Positions 28,946 to 43,171 of a stretch of DNA of 64,000 bases are shown here, piece after piece. The stretch is taken from NCBI GenBank assembly GCA_000165425.1, contig CT868230.1:310001-374000 (forward strand), read 5' to 3'. How positions within the stretch are numbered: the stretch's first letter is position 1; each line of letters starts with the position of its first letter. The notes below the pieces were generated by a model. It saw only the letters and a program-made list of their open reading frames with translations, searched no databases and had not been told where the DNA came from. The position numbers and the translations under genes are program-made. This DNA comes from Paramecium tetraurelia. Its lineage: Eukaryota.

Positions 28946-30401
28946 ATGGATACACATCGCAATTACGAAAACCTTGATTATGCCATTGGATTTGGCAATT
29001 ATGTAGAAACAGAAGCACTCAAGGGAGCAGTGCCAAAAGGATAAAATAGTCCTCAAAAATGTGCTTACAATTTGATAGCTGAATAATTTTCAGGAACAGC
29101 CTTCACTTTACCCAGAGCAAGCAATCAAAAGACATGGCTCTATAAAATTAGGCCAAGTGCTGCCCACTCTCCATTTGTAGATGCCCCAGAGTTTGGAAAG
29201 TATGTTAAAAACGATTTTTTGAATGATCATGGACTCACCATTACTCCTAATCAATTAAGGTAAATTCCAAAAATATTATTATCAGATGGAAACGACTACC
29301 CATCCCTGAAAAACCTACTACTTTTGCTGAAGGTTTGGTCACCGTCTGTGGAGCAGGCGATCCATCCATCAAATAAGGAATTGCAATATATTTATATGCT
29401 GCAAACAAGAGTATGACCAACTCTAGTATGTTTAATAGTGACGGAGACTTCTTAATTGGTATTTATTCTCATTCAACGTAGTGCCTTGGGAAGGAGAGAT
29501 GTTGATTACTTCAGAAATGGGTAAAATGACAGTCAAACCAAGAGAAATTTGTGTTATTCCTCGTGGAATCAAGTTTAGTGTAGAAATGACTCAGCCAATA
29601 AGAGGATACATATGCGAAGTCTTTAAAGGTCACTTCAGAATCCCAGATTTGGGACCTATTGGAGCTAATGGTTTAGCCAACCCAAGAGATTTCTTGGTTC
29701 CAGTAGCCTTTTATGAGAATACCGAAGAAGAATTCTAAATTATCAATAAATATTTGGGAAAATTCTATAAATGTACAAAGAAAGGATCACCTTATGACGT
29801 TGTTGGATGGCATGGAAACTATTATCCATTCAAATATAATTTGGATCTTTTCAATGCAATGGGAACTGTTACATTCGATCATCCTGATCCATCCATATTC
29901 ACTGTAATTACATGTTAAACTGATGAACCAGGGTACAAATATATCTATTTTTCCAAAGAGTTGCAGTATGTGACTTTGCTATATTCCCACCAAGATGGAT
30001 GGTTGCAGAACATACTTTCAGACCACCCTATTATCACAGAAATGTTATGAGTGAATACATGGGAAATATTTCTGGTTAATACGATGCCAAGGAAGGTGGC
30101 TTCTAACCTGGATATGGATCATTACATAGTCTTTTGTAAGGACATGGTCCTGATCATGAATCATTTACCAAATGGTCTAATATTGATTTGCAAGTATATT
30201 TTGTGCATTATACCTATTAGCCAATAAGATATCCTTATGAAAATTTGGCATTTATGTTTGAAAGTACCTATATGTTTAAGACTTGTACATTTGTAATGGA
30301 TGACTAAGTAAACTTGGATCATGACTATTACCACGTAAACTATTTATTAATTTTAGTGTTGGGATAAATTGGCTCATAACAAATTGGGAGATAAGCCTTG
30401 A
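28946..30401 (+). CDS. HGD: Homogentisate 1,2-dioxygenase
   Basis: [88 protein letters not shown]. Confidence 0.96.
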
Positions 30402-30899
30402 TAATTAAATATATATCATCGATTATTTAGAATTATTTACAATTCTTAATCTATCCTTTTTTATTATTACATTACTATATAATATTGATAAAATTATTAA
30501 ATATTGCTTAATCAGTATAAACTACATTTAAGTTTTTGTTAACTTCTTATTATTTCTTACAATTTATTGTATTAAAACCATTTTTAATTAGAGTTATCTA
30601 TTGTTTAATAATAAAAATTAATTTTCAAAATCACATTTATAATTTTAGTCATCATTTCAAAGCAATTGATTTTCAAATAGTCAATATACGATAAAATCTC
30701 CACATTGTCAATTAATCCTACACTACAATCACTAATTATAATTAAAAATGGATGATTTTTTTTATCATTTATTAACTTCATTTTATTATAAATAATTTAA
30801 GCCATTTATTAAGTTCACTATAATAAAGTCATTAAATGAAAACTTCTTAAACAAAAAATAATTATATTATTAATTCGATAATGAAATAAATTCATATAT

Positions 30900-31777
30900 T
30901 CATTGTTTTTTATTTTTCTTTTTCTTTTTTTACTATTTTGATTCTTATTCAGCATTTTATTTTTCTTATTAATGGTGATTTTCTTTTTCAACAATTCCAT
31001 TTGTGTGTTCAGTAATAATTTATTATTATTACTGTTGTTGTTATGGTAATTATGATTGTAACTATGTAGAAGTTTATTAGATTTATTTTTCATCTCTAAC
31101 TTTGAATCCATAAAGAGTTGGTTAGAAAGGGGTAAATAACTCAGTGCCTAATTGAATAGTGAATTTAGGATGCACATCAGGGTAAGTCTTATGATAAGAT
31201 ATTAATCCATACCAACAAAAGCAGCATGGGGAAACTGCGACCAAAATATGCCCCATCGAAGTCTGCCTAACTCTTGCGTGGGGCATATGCTTCCTTGCAT
31301 CTTGGGCAATACACTTTAATTCTGCTAGTTTTTAGGCTCTCACTCAATCCAATAGGTATGGTATTCTGTTTTTCACAAAGGACTCTTGGACAGTGACCAA
31401 ATCTGCCATTCAAAAATCTTTCTCTCATTATTGCTAAGCCTTTTGGAGTTTAGATGAATGCCTGATGAAGTAATCCATAAATATCACTGGCTTCTGTGTA
31501 TAATTCAAGGAATCTAGGTATGATAAAATAAAATACTTCTCGTTTTCTAGATCCAAAGTATCTGGCTATTCTGATGACAATATCATTTGTAAGGCTTATT
31601 AAAAGAGATTGAATTATTTAATGAGGTGGCCGTAATTATTTGGATCTTGAATGAATTCGGAATCCACTTCAGTCAGATATTAATTTTAAGGCAATTGACA
31701 AAACCATTCAATCCACCCTCCTGGATGCTCAGAATATTGTGATTCCTCTATTATAGATATATAGTGATACCTGACAT
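30900..31777 (-). CDS. CKB: Casein kinase II regulatory (beta) subunit, paralog 2
   Basis: WIEWFC, IYGLLH, FGHCPRVLC..YCPRCKEAY, DGAYFG, LYGFKV; Gln-rich and Lys-rich tail. Confidence 0.92.
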
Positions 31778-32877
31778 TTGAAATTCAAAAAATTAATATT
31801 AAAATCACATAACAAAAATGGATTTCAATTATTTATTTTAAAAAAAAGAGAGTTCATATTAAATGGAAAAGAGGAGGCAAATTATGATTTAAAATAACAC
31901 TCAATATTAACACAGAAATCAGAATATTTATATCATTTTTATTATTAAATGACATTGACTTGATAGCCTATTACTCTTAACAATTTATACAAAATTACAT
32001 TAAATTTAAGATTAATAGTTTATCCAAAGAATTATTTAGAAAATTCTAATATCAGTGGTTGGAGAGTAGAATATTAATAAAATGATAATCTAAAATTAAT
32101 TACCTAATTGATCGAGGTACTAATGATTACAGTATATCTATAATTCACTCTAAAAGTTCAGATGAAAAAATAAAAGATTATGAAAATTACTTATTATTCT
32201 AGTAAATTCCCTTAAATCACATAATGAGAGGATCATAAATATAGTTCTTATAGTATTTTTATAGAAGAAAAAAGAAATTTTAACAAATGTGATCAAATTA
32301 TGTACTAGTTTATATTAGAGTTATTGATACTAGTTACATCATTTATTTTTATTAATGATCTCTACTGTATATATAAAAGCATTATTGGAACCACTGCTAT
32401 ATAATTTGATTTAATATTCTAGGAATAACATCTATTTAGTCAAGTTTTTTAGTATTTTGATTTATTTGACAATCATTAAATTATCATTATTTACCATTTA
32501 AGTTATATAATATATTATCAATTATGGTATTTAACTAAAATTGATAATTGCTCTGTATTTCATTTTCTCTAAAGAGAATTAAATTCATAAGGTCTAAGAA
32601 TATTATAATCAGTATGTTTGTTCACAATCATAATTCCCAGTTCAAAATTATAAGACTCTAATATCAGTCTTCTATAAGAGATATTTATGGTCAGATCCTT
32701 GATAATCCATTTATGTTATTAAGAATTTGATGAATTTCCAAATCATCAAGTACTGATTTAGCAATAACTGTTATCAAAATTCTAGTTAATTTCAGGATTG
32801 TATGAATTTTGAAGCAAAAGTATACAAATCTTAATGGTTTAATGATATATGATTTTTAAATAAATAGGTTATATTAT

Positions 32878-34517
32878 TCAATAAGGATTTTATTTACTGC
32901 TAAAGTCTTGTTATTTTATATTGTAGATAGTATTATATCTGAATTCCTCTAATTGTTTAATTTGCATTTATTAATCTTAATTCATTTTCCTTAAAAACTA
33001 TATGTCTTAGTCCATCTGTTGAATTTAGTCATTCATTCTTTTATTCAAATTTTCAGTATTCTACAAACTCATCATTTGAGAATGAAATCTGGAGGCATCA
33101 TTTTTATATTAATTACACTCATTATTTTTGACTAGGATAAGACTGTTTAATCTTTTAATCTCTTCAGCCATTTGTTTAGTCTGGTGATCTTGTTCTTTAT
33201 TTTTCCATTGTACTATTTTTATGGAAATATAAGATTACATTCATTTAATTATCTATTCTATAGTGTTAAATGCTCCAACTATCCTTTCAACAAATTGTTA
33301 TCGCTTACTAATTATTCAATATCTTTCCTTTAGATTTCTAGTTTTTTAAGGGAGGCATCATAATTTTATTATACAATTTTCATATTATTTTCACACATTC
33401 CTAAATGATATTTGAGAGTTCCAATTTCTTACTCTCGTGTATCAACAGCAGTAACAAACTTTTACAACCCATCATTTCTAGATCTTAATTATACTATTTC
33501 TAATTCCAACTATGATATCTTATCTTTCAACTTCTAGTTTTCTTCATATTATGATTATTATTATTATTGCAATTTAGCAAATTAAGATCTAAGACTTCTA
33601 TGATCAAAGTTTAATTGATCTAGTAATTATTTCATACTAATATTATCATTAAGCAATAATTAATTGTCTTTTTCTTGTTATGCTAATTGTTTTCTCAGTT
33701 ACTCATTTTCGGTTACTTATTAATCATATTATTAACTGACTCTTTTATTTTCATCTTAAACACTCAATAACTTATTAAACTGTTTATTTAAAGCATCGTG
33801 ATCTGATTTTAATTATAAAGTCTATCTTAATAATTCTTTATACTGCATTTCAAAGGCTTTATAAGTGGCTATCTCTTTTCTAACTTACTCCACTTCATCA
33901 GCTACTTTCTATAATTCTCCATTTTGTGCTTTAAGCTAACTTAATTAAGTTTATAATTCAGTCACTTGTTTCTTCATAGCCTAATTTTAAGCATCAGCTT
34001 CTTTAACATGATCTGCAATAACCTTCAATTCATCAGCTCTCTCTCTAAGAGCTGCATTTTCACTCTTCAAAGCCCCAGCATTCATTATTTCTCTTGTTTA
34101 ATTTATCAATTATGCTCTCAATTCTTAATTCTCCAATTGTAACCCTTTTAGTTATTGTAAAATTTGAATTTAGTTTTAATTTGATACATTGGATTGCTGT
34201 TGTGGAATATTAGTTTAACTTGCGATTTACTGTTAGGTATTTATCATTGCGCTTTTGATGGGTGCATTTTGTTATGGGATTTCACTCTATGGAAAGATAC
34301 TTCTTTCAAATGGAGCATCCTTTTAAGGTTTTTCTTATTTTTCTTTATACATTGGTTAACTTGCTATGACATCTGTTGGAGCTTAAACTGGAGGTGATAC
34401 TTGAGATTGTTTGACCATTTCTGATTATGGTCTTAACATAGGAGCTGAATTGGGGATGCTCTTTTAAGTAAGATAATCTCCCTTGGATATGGTATTGTAT
34501 TGCAATGCTTTACTCAT
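32878..34517 (-). CDS. Long coiled-coil protein with Pro/Gln-rich N-terminus
   Basis: MSKALQYNTISKGD.. followed by an extended heptad Q/E/K/L frame; TGA complement at 32878-32880. Confidence 0.7.
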
Positions 34518-34621
34518 ATACTTATATTTTAATTATTTAAATGATGCCTATGAAAATAGAAGATTTATAGGAAACTCATAAAATAATTTATGTTCACCCT
34601 CAAAATTATAGAAAATATAGC

Positions 34622-35589
34622 ATGATTGATGAGAGAAACAGCTTATATGGAGTTACCGTAGACTTTAGATTTTTATAAGAAATATTGACAAATTAGTATT
34701 TAACAAGTTCACACTTGTTGTTCTATTGTAACTTATTTAGACATGCCTATTAACACAAAAAAGTAACAAACATTTGATCCTAGATTGCAATTGCTCAATG
34801 TTATTTTTTTGCTGAATATATGGAAGCATCTACTAAATAAATCGATAACTCAATTATTGATACTTCATTATTAGTTAAGAAACACGAACTCAGCATTAAG
34901 TAAAATACTTAGAATTCATAGCAATAAAACACTAATTAAGAATTATAGTCTCAAATTGCTAATCCTTAACAATAGTAGAACATAATTGTAAAGAACTTGA
35001 CCAGCAATAACTAAAAATGGAACTTCCAAATTACAAATATACAATATGTTCAAAATACTACCATACAAAATAAAGAGAAATACAATATTAACAAATTAGA
35101 GAGTTTGCTCACATAAATGGTTAATCAGAACGATCTAAAAGATATTTAATCTTTGAAAAATTAAGATTATCTATTTTTTCCCATTAATTAGCAAAATCAA
35201 CATTGGATTTGTTTGATTATTAGTCTCAAAGAAAAGAAGATTAAGTTCTTTGATTCCTATAAATAATACTTGAATGAAGATATCATTACAGCAGCTAAAG
35301 AGATACTCAAATTCATTGGAGTTACTATGATTTCTGAATATGCCATATCAACCCATTTTAATAAGTAAAGCAATGGGTATAATTAACTAATATCACTACT
35401 AGTTACGATTGCGGAATCTTTACATTGCTTTCGTTACTCTATACTTATCAAAACCTACCCTATGATTATAATTAATAAATCGTGACCAAATATAGACAAT
35501 CAATCCTATACAACCTGGCCATTGTGGGATCTCAAATAGAGGTTAGCTAAGAGTTACTTGAAAGAATAATTAAGCTATAGTAATAATGA
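34622..35589 (+). CDS. Ulp1/SENP family (peptidase C48) protease
   Basis: FFPINQQNQHWICL..KFFDSY..KQSNGYDCGIF: His-Asp-Cys triad plus oxyanion Gln; two introns. Confidence 0.88.
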
Positions 35590-35650
35590 TAAGTTTTTAG
35601 TTGTTATTGATTAAATAAATAAATTATATAATTTTTTTTGAATATTAATA

Positions 35651-36781
35651 ATGGAAACTGACATAAATATCCCTAAAACCAAAGCTGTTAATGTTTTCTT
35701 TTAGTTTGCTAGAATGCAATTCTATTTAACTGTCTTTTCGAATTTGTTACCTATTATAATAAGCTACACAAATTAAGTTTGCTCAAGTAAGTCAAATATA
35801 TCATTCATAAGATGAGGGAATAAAATTAATCTCTTTAAGCTACAAAGGTGATATAGTACTGTTAATTTTAAATATAATCTCACTACTATTTATATGGCTC
35901 AAGGAACCATTTGCAAGGTACAATATTTTGTTATTGAATCAGACTTGAATTTTTTGTAATGTATGCAATTAACATATGTTGGAGCGGAATCATGATCGGT
36001 TAGACATATTTAGATGTTACAACACAGCCAAACGAATGTGAAGGAGTTATCTTATCATAGAAATTGATACTCTTTTTTCATTTGAAAACTCATTTAGAAG
36101 TAAGCTTAAACACATGATAAATAGGTTTTACTAACTCTATTTTCTCCAATATTATTTGCTTTCAGAATAACAAATTTACCAAATTCGTTCTTTGCAATTT
36201 ATTTGATATTGGCAGCAAATTCACCATAATCATTGTGTTCAAGAGACATATCTAACATTGAATTTGGACTGTTATTTATAGCTTTAATATCCTGTTTAAT
36301 TGGTTTGCCTCTAAACATTGGATTGTTTTTAACAAAGAAGGTTACAATCCCAAATTTGTTCCGATTTTTATTAATGTTGACAATAATAGGTTAGAGTGGT
36401 TTAATAGGTTTACAACATTTATGATAATTAGCTCTCATTTATTAGGCTGACGTGGATCTAAGATCGGAATGCAGTCCAACTCATCTCCTATACAGGTCTT
36501 ATTTATATATAATTCCAATTACAATCTTAAGTGCTTTAAGCTTATTGTTTTCAATGCCAGTTTAAGATCATGATGAAATTAGATAGCTCTTAATTCAAGC
36601 TAGAATGAAACCTCTAAAAGCACAATTACCAATATAATAAGATGTCACTAAGGCTTAAGTCCAATAAAATCAGGATGAAATCTTAAACAAATCTGCAATT
36701 GATGTGGGAAAGTCACCAATTGGAGCTAAGTCTCAAGTTGGAGCAAAATCATAATATGGAACTATTAGTAGAAGAGGATGA
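35651..36781 (+). CDS. Multi-pass membrane protein of unknown function
   Basis: Several hydrophobic segments (e.g. FGLLFIALISCLIGLPLNIGLFL, VLFIYIIPITILSALSLLFSM), polar C-tail, several introns. Confidence 0.65.
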
Positions 36782-36805
36782 TTTTAGAATATATATATAT
36801 AATAA

Positions 36806-37420
36806 TCATGCTCTAAAGTAATTGTGTTGATTTCTAGATGTTTTATTTCTTTCAGTTTATAAGATCTTTGCAAATTTTTCAGAGATCATATGTTTAACAC
36901 CATGTTGTATTCCTTCGTTTTCCAATTCCAGTCCAAAGGTCTTGAGTCGCTTTTTGACATCGTGGAGATTTTGGATGCCTTCAAGCATGATTTCTCCAGT
37001 CCCATCTAATTTGTTATTGATCTTATTGTAATTCTGTCTACAATAAACAATTCCGACTCCTTGGTGTCTCAAAGTCCTTTTGAGTTGAGTTTCATTAAAT
37101 TTTTCAGTGAGTCCTTTAATTTTAATTTGTTATGGTTAAGAAGTTGGAGTTAAAGATCGTTTAGATGATAAATTAATGAGTTCTGTTTTTTCTGGATACA
37201 ATCTTAATGGAGAGATTGAATTATTATTTTCTAATTTGGAAGTATTAGTAAAATTAAATTGAGCTTGTAATGGATTCTTATTTGGAGTTGCTTACTTGTT
37301 CTTCTAATACATTTGATAAATCTTTGAATTTTGCACAGTCATAGAGGCTGAAAGATCTGGTTCAATTGGAAACAAGAATTCTTTTGGATGATCGATAGTG
37401 CTTATTGATCGTAATTTCAT
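36806..37420 (-). CDS. Hypothetical protein with a degenerate RRM-like segment
   Basis: Intronless frame; IKIKGLTEKFNETQLKRTLRHQGVGIV..NKINNKLDGTGEIML resembles RNP2/RNP1 spacing. Confidence 0.65.
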
Positions 37421-37621
37421 TTTATTAACAGATAAATTATATTTAATATTGATTTTTGTGACATATGCACAAAATGTACAATAAGATAAGTGTTCTATTA
37501 TTGTTATTAAATAACTTCTAATGATATGGAATTTTATTATAAGAATTTAAGAATATTATCTAAAAGTAGTATTTAAGAGCAAATGTCTTCGTATCCATAA
37601 TTTAATAATATTATTTTAAAT

Positions 37622-40600
37622 ATGGAAAAGCCAACCTTTTGGGCTATTTTCGGGTTTCTGACAATGGGAATTATATTATCGTTCTCTTCTATGGGAATTT
37701 TCTTAACCAAATATGACTAAGACAAGGATGCTCTGATACAAAAAAAGTCGATCTTGACAGAGTAAGTATTTAATCGATAATTAGTGCTAATGCTTTGAAT
37801 TGGGGAGCTACTCCAGGATATAAGGATGTGAAGGAAATAAATACCTTTTAATTTTTTACTCATCAGTCAGGAATAATGTTTGCTAGTACGAATGAATCAT
37901 TGAATTATTCCTATGTATCTGAATTATCGAATAGAACTTATGTTCCTTCAGTAATACATTTGTTTATAAACATAGTCTCTGGGATTCATTAAATTTTTGC
38001 CCAAATTTAAGTTTGAGAAAATATCAGATCCAACTAGTTCTATTACAAACCTGAACATTGCAGCAATCTAATACTTTTACAAGAGTTTCAATCAACCTGC
38101 CTTCGCTAAGTTGCCCAGATACTTGAACATGATCTTTAGAGGGTTGTCTGAGGACTTCATGAATTACTACTTTACTCACACCATCTTTGATTTCTACACA
38201 TCGGATTAACAATTGGTTTTTGATACCATATTCACCCCAGCCAAAATTAAGTATAAATAATCACAATATGTGTAGTCAAGAGACACAAAACAAAATGTGG
38301 AATGATGAATAATATGGATGGAGTTCTGAAGTTAGTTTCTCAAAATGGATTAGAGCATATTTCAATGGAGGAGATAGTAATCTCCAACTTTATTTTTCCT
38401 TGTCTGATGACCAGATGAATTAACTAATTGGAAAAGGATCGACAATCAACAAACTCAGAAAACTCATCATCAATTCAGTTTCTACAGGAGTGTAAGGATA
38501 ATAAAAAGGATCTTGCTTAAAGAAAAATGAATGCACATTGTGGGAATTAGGAATCATTCAATGGGCATTTGGTGGTTTAACAGCAAAAGACTTTGTTCCA
38601 CCAGTTACATTCTCAGGTGGAAGTTATTCTAAATTTAATGATTCAATCCCTCAAAGTTACGAATTCTATTTAGGTGGATCTGAATATTAATATGATGATG
38701 TTAAGAATATCATCAGTCAATAATTTGAATAGATGCCAAATCTTTTGGGATTCAATACTATGTAATACATTTGGGAGAATAGAGATTTTCTTGAAAGAGT
38801 TTCAAACAAACTAGTGTGGTAAACTGACAATGAAAACAATTTCACAAAGTCTAGGAATTTAATCAAGTATCTAAATACTCATTATGACTATATTAACAAT
38901 ATTGAAGACACTTATGCCTTTTAAACTTGGAGATTCATGAGCAAGATGATATATGAGGCAGGTGTCATGTTGAGAGATGGTTTATATGCCAAAGCCTTGT
39001 ATTATAAATTCGAAAGCATCAAATGTGAAGATGATTATTTCATTCCATTCCAAGATGCTTGTGGTGGCAAGTATGATTTCACTTTGAATGCAAAGAATGC
39101 ATTGATTTGGGTCAACGCTGCTTTTGAAAAAAAACAATCAAATTCATTTAAGACCTTGATGAAAGAACTGAAAGCCAATGAGTAAGTATTGTGGGATTAC
39201 TTAACTGATGGGATGTCAGATTTTTCAAAAGCCATGAATGAGTTTCATTTGGCAATCTCAAAACATTATAAGTGCATTTACTAAGTCTGTTAGGCAGAAG
39301 AGTTATGGTTTAAGTAATGGGGATATGGTTCAGTCACTCAAAGTTATCCAAAAGAATTAGCGTTTTGGGATAGTGATAAAACAAATACGATTTCAAAATG
39401 GGATATCTATGCAGACAAACCATTTGTGTATTATGAGTTTTTCGCATTTTGTGGTGAAAAAATAACTGAGAAGGTACAATAACAACTATTCAATTTTGAC
39501 ATGGGAGGAATATTTGGATATTATTCGTTAAGAAACCTATATGAACATCATTTCAATAGTACAAAAGAGTTGAGTCCTAAGTTCCCTTTGAAAGGTGAAC
39601 AATTGAAGTTGCTCATCAAGTATTTGAAACACTGTCTCACAAATTATTGGTATGGTGGCCATATGATTGTAACCTAACCATCCAAATATTTATTCGACTA
39701 TGATAATGCTTTCACTGACAGAGTAGCTGAATTCGAACCAATCTATGAGGGCAGCAACTTTAGAGACAATGGTGCTCATCTCCTAGAACCAAATAATTAG
39801 GAGTTCTTAAAGTTCGCCACCATGTATGACTTTTACTAAATGGATACTGGTATCAAAGATATAGCAAATGTTGGGTAAATCAAGAGAACATTGGATGAAT
39901 CAAAAATCAAAAGAAAGAGTACTATCTATTATAATCCATAAACTGAATACTCCACTCAATCCTACAATTATCCTTATGGGAAGAATGTGAATGTTTCTGG
40001 CAGTTATGGTTATGCATTCCAGCCTGATTTGATAGCTAAATTCTAGAAGGAATTAACCATCTTTGATTTCGATATTCATAAGGACCTTAAATTACATTAC
40101 CATGAAACCACCACTCATAAGGGTTATGATGTAATTAAATACAAAGTAGAAGATCAAATCATCTCTCTGGAACCTTACACAGATATGCCAATCATTTTGA
40201 CTATTGGTGAAGTATCGCTCGATGGTTGTGCTTCCATCAATGGAAAATCATGTAATTAATACTTAGTGAATGTTCCTGAATCATACTACACTATTGAAGC
40301 AATTACTGGTAAAGTCGTTTCATTTACTAAAACATACATCTATTGGCTAAAAGTAGATAATACTAGTCCATTACAACAAGAACCTCTAAATGATGAATTA
40401 TTCGTCCCCCTTGCCCAAAGATCCATCACTTATGAGTATACAGAAGATCAGATGAATGAACATTTCCAAGATGTCAAAGATCTTGAAAAACACAAGGATG
40501 TTATCTTCTATGTCACATTGACATTTGGACTCATCTTCAGTCTTGCATTCATTGGATTCATCATTTATTTCAGAAAAAACGAAAAAAACATCAATTCTAG

Positions 40601-40637
40601 AGCACCATCAGTTTATTCAGTAGTAGCTGATGAATGA
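37622..40637 (+). CDS. Large two-TM CD36/LIMP-like (scavenger receptor class B) glycoprotein
   Basis: N-terminal and C-terminal TM helices, NWGATPG near the start, QWA/QWG motifs, YYTIEAITGKVV before the last TM (CD36-type EPxTG), tail with YSVV (YxxPhi). Confidence 0.65.
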
Positions 40638-40680
40638 AAAGTCAATTATATATATATATGTTTTAAAATGAATATTATTT

Positions 40681-42069
40681 TCATTTCAATATTTAAAAGA
40701 TTTCCATCTCAACAATGTCAAAATAGTCTTAATTGGCCAAATATCTCTTCAAGTTCCCAATATTATATTCTGGTTTATCTTAAAACCCTTCTCCCAAATC
40801 AGAAAGGCACCCATTAAATGAAGATTTAATTATGATATCACCCTTACCGAATGTCAACAATACATCAGCCTGATTGTTGCTGTAATTCAAAGTCAAAGGA
40901 TCGACTCCTCTTTTTATTACGAACTCCTATTTTTTATTTTAATGAAATATTTCTGAGGAATTTGAAGAAACGTATACCCCAAATACTTATTAAGAAGAAG
41001 TCTAAAATAAAAACAGTAGTGTCTAGGTATTCCATTAACCCAAAGATATGATTTTCTCATGCACTTTCAATGGATTCAATCCGTCATATTTTGATTAGTA
41101 GATCCTTTTGATTTTGTCCATAAAATTGTTTCGTTACTTAAAGTTGTGATTCACCCTTGCCATAAACTCATCCATGTAAGTTGTACTTAATTCAGACTAT
41201 CTAAAATTGAGTGTGCTGTAGGTCTATTCCATATTCTAAAGTTCCTTTATTATTTTCTCACACCCTTAATCCAATTTTTCTTTTTAGAGTCTTTAGTTTA
41301 ACATTACACATAATACCTTAATTATGATTCCTTTTCAGCTAAATTCCTTTTATTTTGATCTATTACATTGAATTAAGTCTTATATACTTCCTAGTCGGCC
41401 TAATCTTAATTCAACCTATGTATTTAAGCCACATAGTCATTAACACCCTTTCTCAATTTCTACTTATCTTTGGTTGTAAGCTTGCCAAACTGCATTCCTG
41501 CTTAAGTCAAACTTTCTTCAAGCTTAGTAATGTCAAAGTACTATTCTTATTTTTACAACTTCATACTGATTCAAATTTGGCTTTAAGGTTATCCACCTGA
41601 GCCTTAGTGCCTTAATATTATTCATATTTTTCTATTAGTTTTTTTTCTAATTCATCAAGATGGTATAAAAATCTTTATCTGATTTCTTCAATTTTCTATC
41701 AAAGTTAATCTTTATCTTACATAACGAATTGCATCAACATCAAATGAGAAATCATAGGAATGAAGAAAATCATTCAATATCTAATTAACATTCCCTTAAT
41801 AATTTGAATACTTTAACACTTTATAAGGGTCATCCAGAACCTAAAATATTAAGTAGGCTTACTTCAGATATTAGACAAATTTCATTGGTTTGTTAATTAA
41901 ACTTACCCTCAATGCACTTTCTGCAAAGAAGTCTTGATCTAACATCAGCTTTAGGCTTTAACAATATATATTGGACTATTTCATTTTTATGACTCAAGTC
42001 TTCGCATAAAATCATGATTTGTTTCCTTTCTATTGGTTTTTATCTAGGCATATGTTCAAAGGCTTCCAT
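40681..42069 (-). CDS. TLDc-domain protein with N-terminal Cys/His and coiled-coil region
   Basis: IYQSKYDG and C-terminal LTFGKGDIIIKSSFNGCLSDLGEGF..YLANQDYFDIVEMEIF fit TLDc; N-terminal LLCRKC. Confidence 0.75.
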
Positions 42070-42148
42070 ACTAACTATTATCTTAAATTTAATTATGCTA
42101 ATAGAATTAGAGTTAGCTGAATTATATATTAAAAAATTAAAAAGTAAT

Positions 42149-43171
42149 TCAATACTGTTAATTATTATTATATTCTTCATAAGTATTCCTCCCCAGAGCA
42201 AGAGAGTTATTCTCTGTTATTTGGCATCTTGCCCTCAAAATGATAAAATTATCCTCATCATCCTGTTTTATCTTCATTAAGTAAACATTCTCTCCCATTT
42301 CAAAGTTGTGAGTCCGATCAGCTGGTGTGTGATCAGTTTCATCATTTACAAAGTAAATATTATCTGCATTTTCTGCCTTTACAATGTTTAAAAAGTTTTG
42401 GCATTCCTTATCCTTTCCTGTGCAATTGTAAAATAGCGTTTAATTCTGGAATGTATGAGTTGGAATAGTGAAATTAGATTCTTAATTAAATAAAGAGGTT
42501 TGATTCTTTTGTGATATTTTTGGAGCCAAAAAATCATATTTCTAATTTGATAATTATGATAAAGCAATTGGTTTTGGATTGTATTGATAATCATTATTAA
42601 TCACTGACAATATGCATGCAATGGCTAAAAGAGAAATCACTCCATAATTCATCATTTTTGATTATGCTTCTGCATTCACCCTTTATATCTATACACCATC
42701 ATCTTATACCCTATGAATACATTTATATTATTAACTAGTTTTATGTTTTATAATTTACGTGATTTCCTCCAAATGTTGAACTCTTAATCTTAAACTAGTA
42801 TTTTCTTGTTGCAATAGTTAAATTTATTCATCCTTCTATTGTAACATATTAGAATAAGACTTATTTTCTTGAATTAGATTGTCAAATATAATTTTTTTCT
42901 TATCTCTTGATAACTGAGCAGAATTTCTATTTCTTAATTTCCTCATTTCATCTTTGGACATAGTTTAAACTACTTCTGTTTTAACCTTTTATTTTTTTTC
43001 AATTCTTTTTTTTAGAATCCTTTGTTTTCTGTCATCCTTAATCTTTTATTCCAAATCTTCTGTAGATATACTATGATCTGGAGTTGGATGGTTATTAAAA
43101 ATATTTGTATTGAAGAAAAGATCTTCGTAATCTATAGGTAAATCATAGTCTTCTTAATCAATAAAATCCAT
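42149..43171 (-). CDS. bZIP transcription factor with a TM helix and luminal C-terminal domain (ATF6/bZIP28-like architecture)
   Basis: Acidic N-terminus; RKLRNRNSAQLSRDKKK plus zipper; TM YGVISLLAIACILSVI; four N-glycosylation sequons downstream. Confidence 0.85.

Noticed and set aside
31780..32877. Possible gene in a 1.1-kb AT-rich gap
   Set aside because: Only short TGA-interrupted frames with no recognisable motif; a highly decayed pseudogene cannot be excluded.
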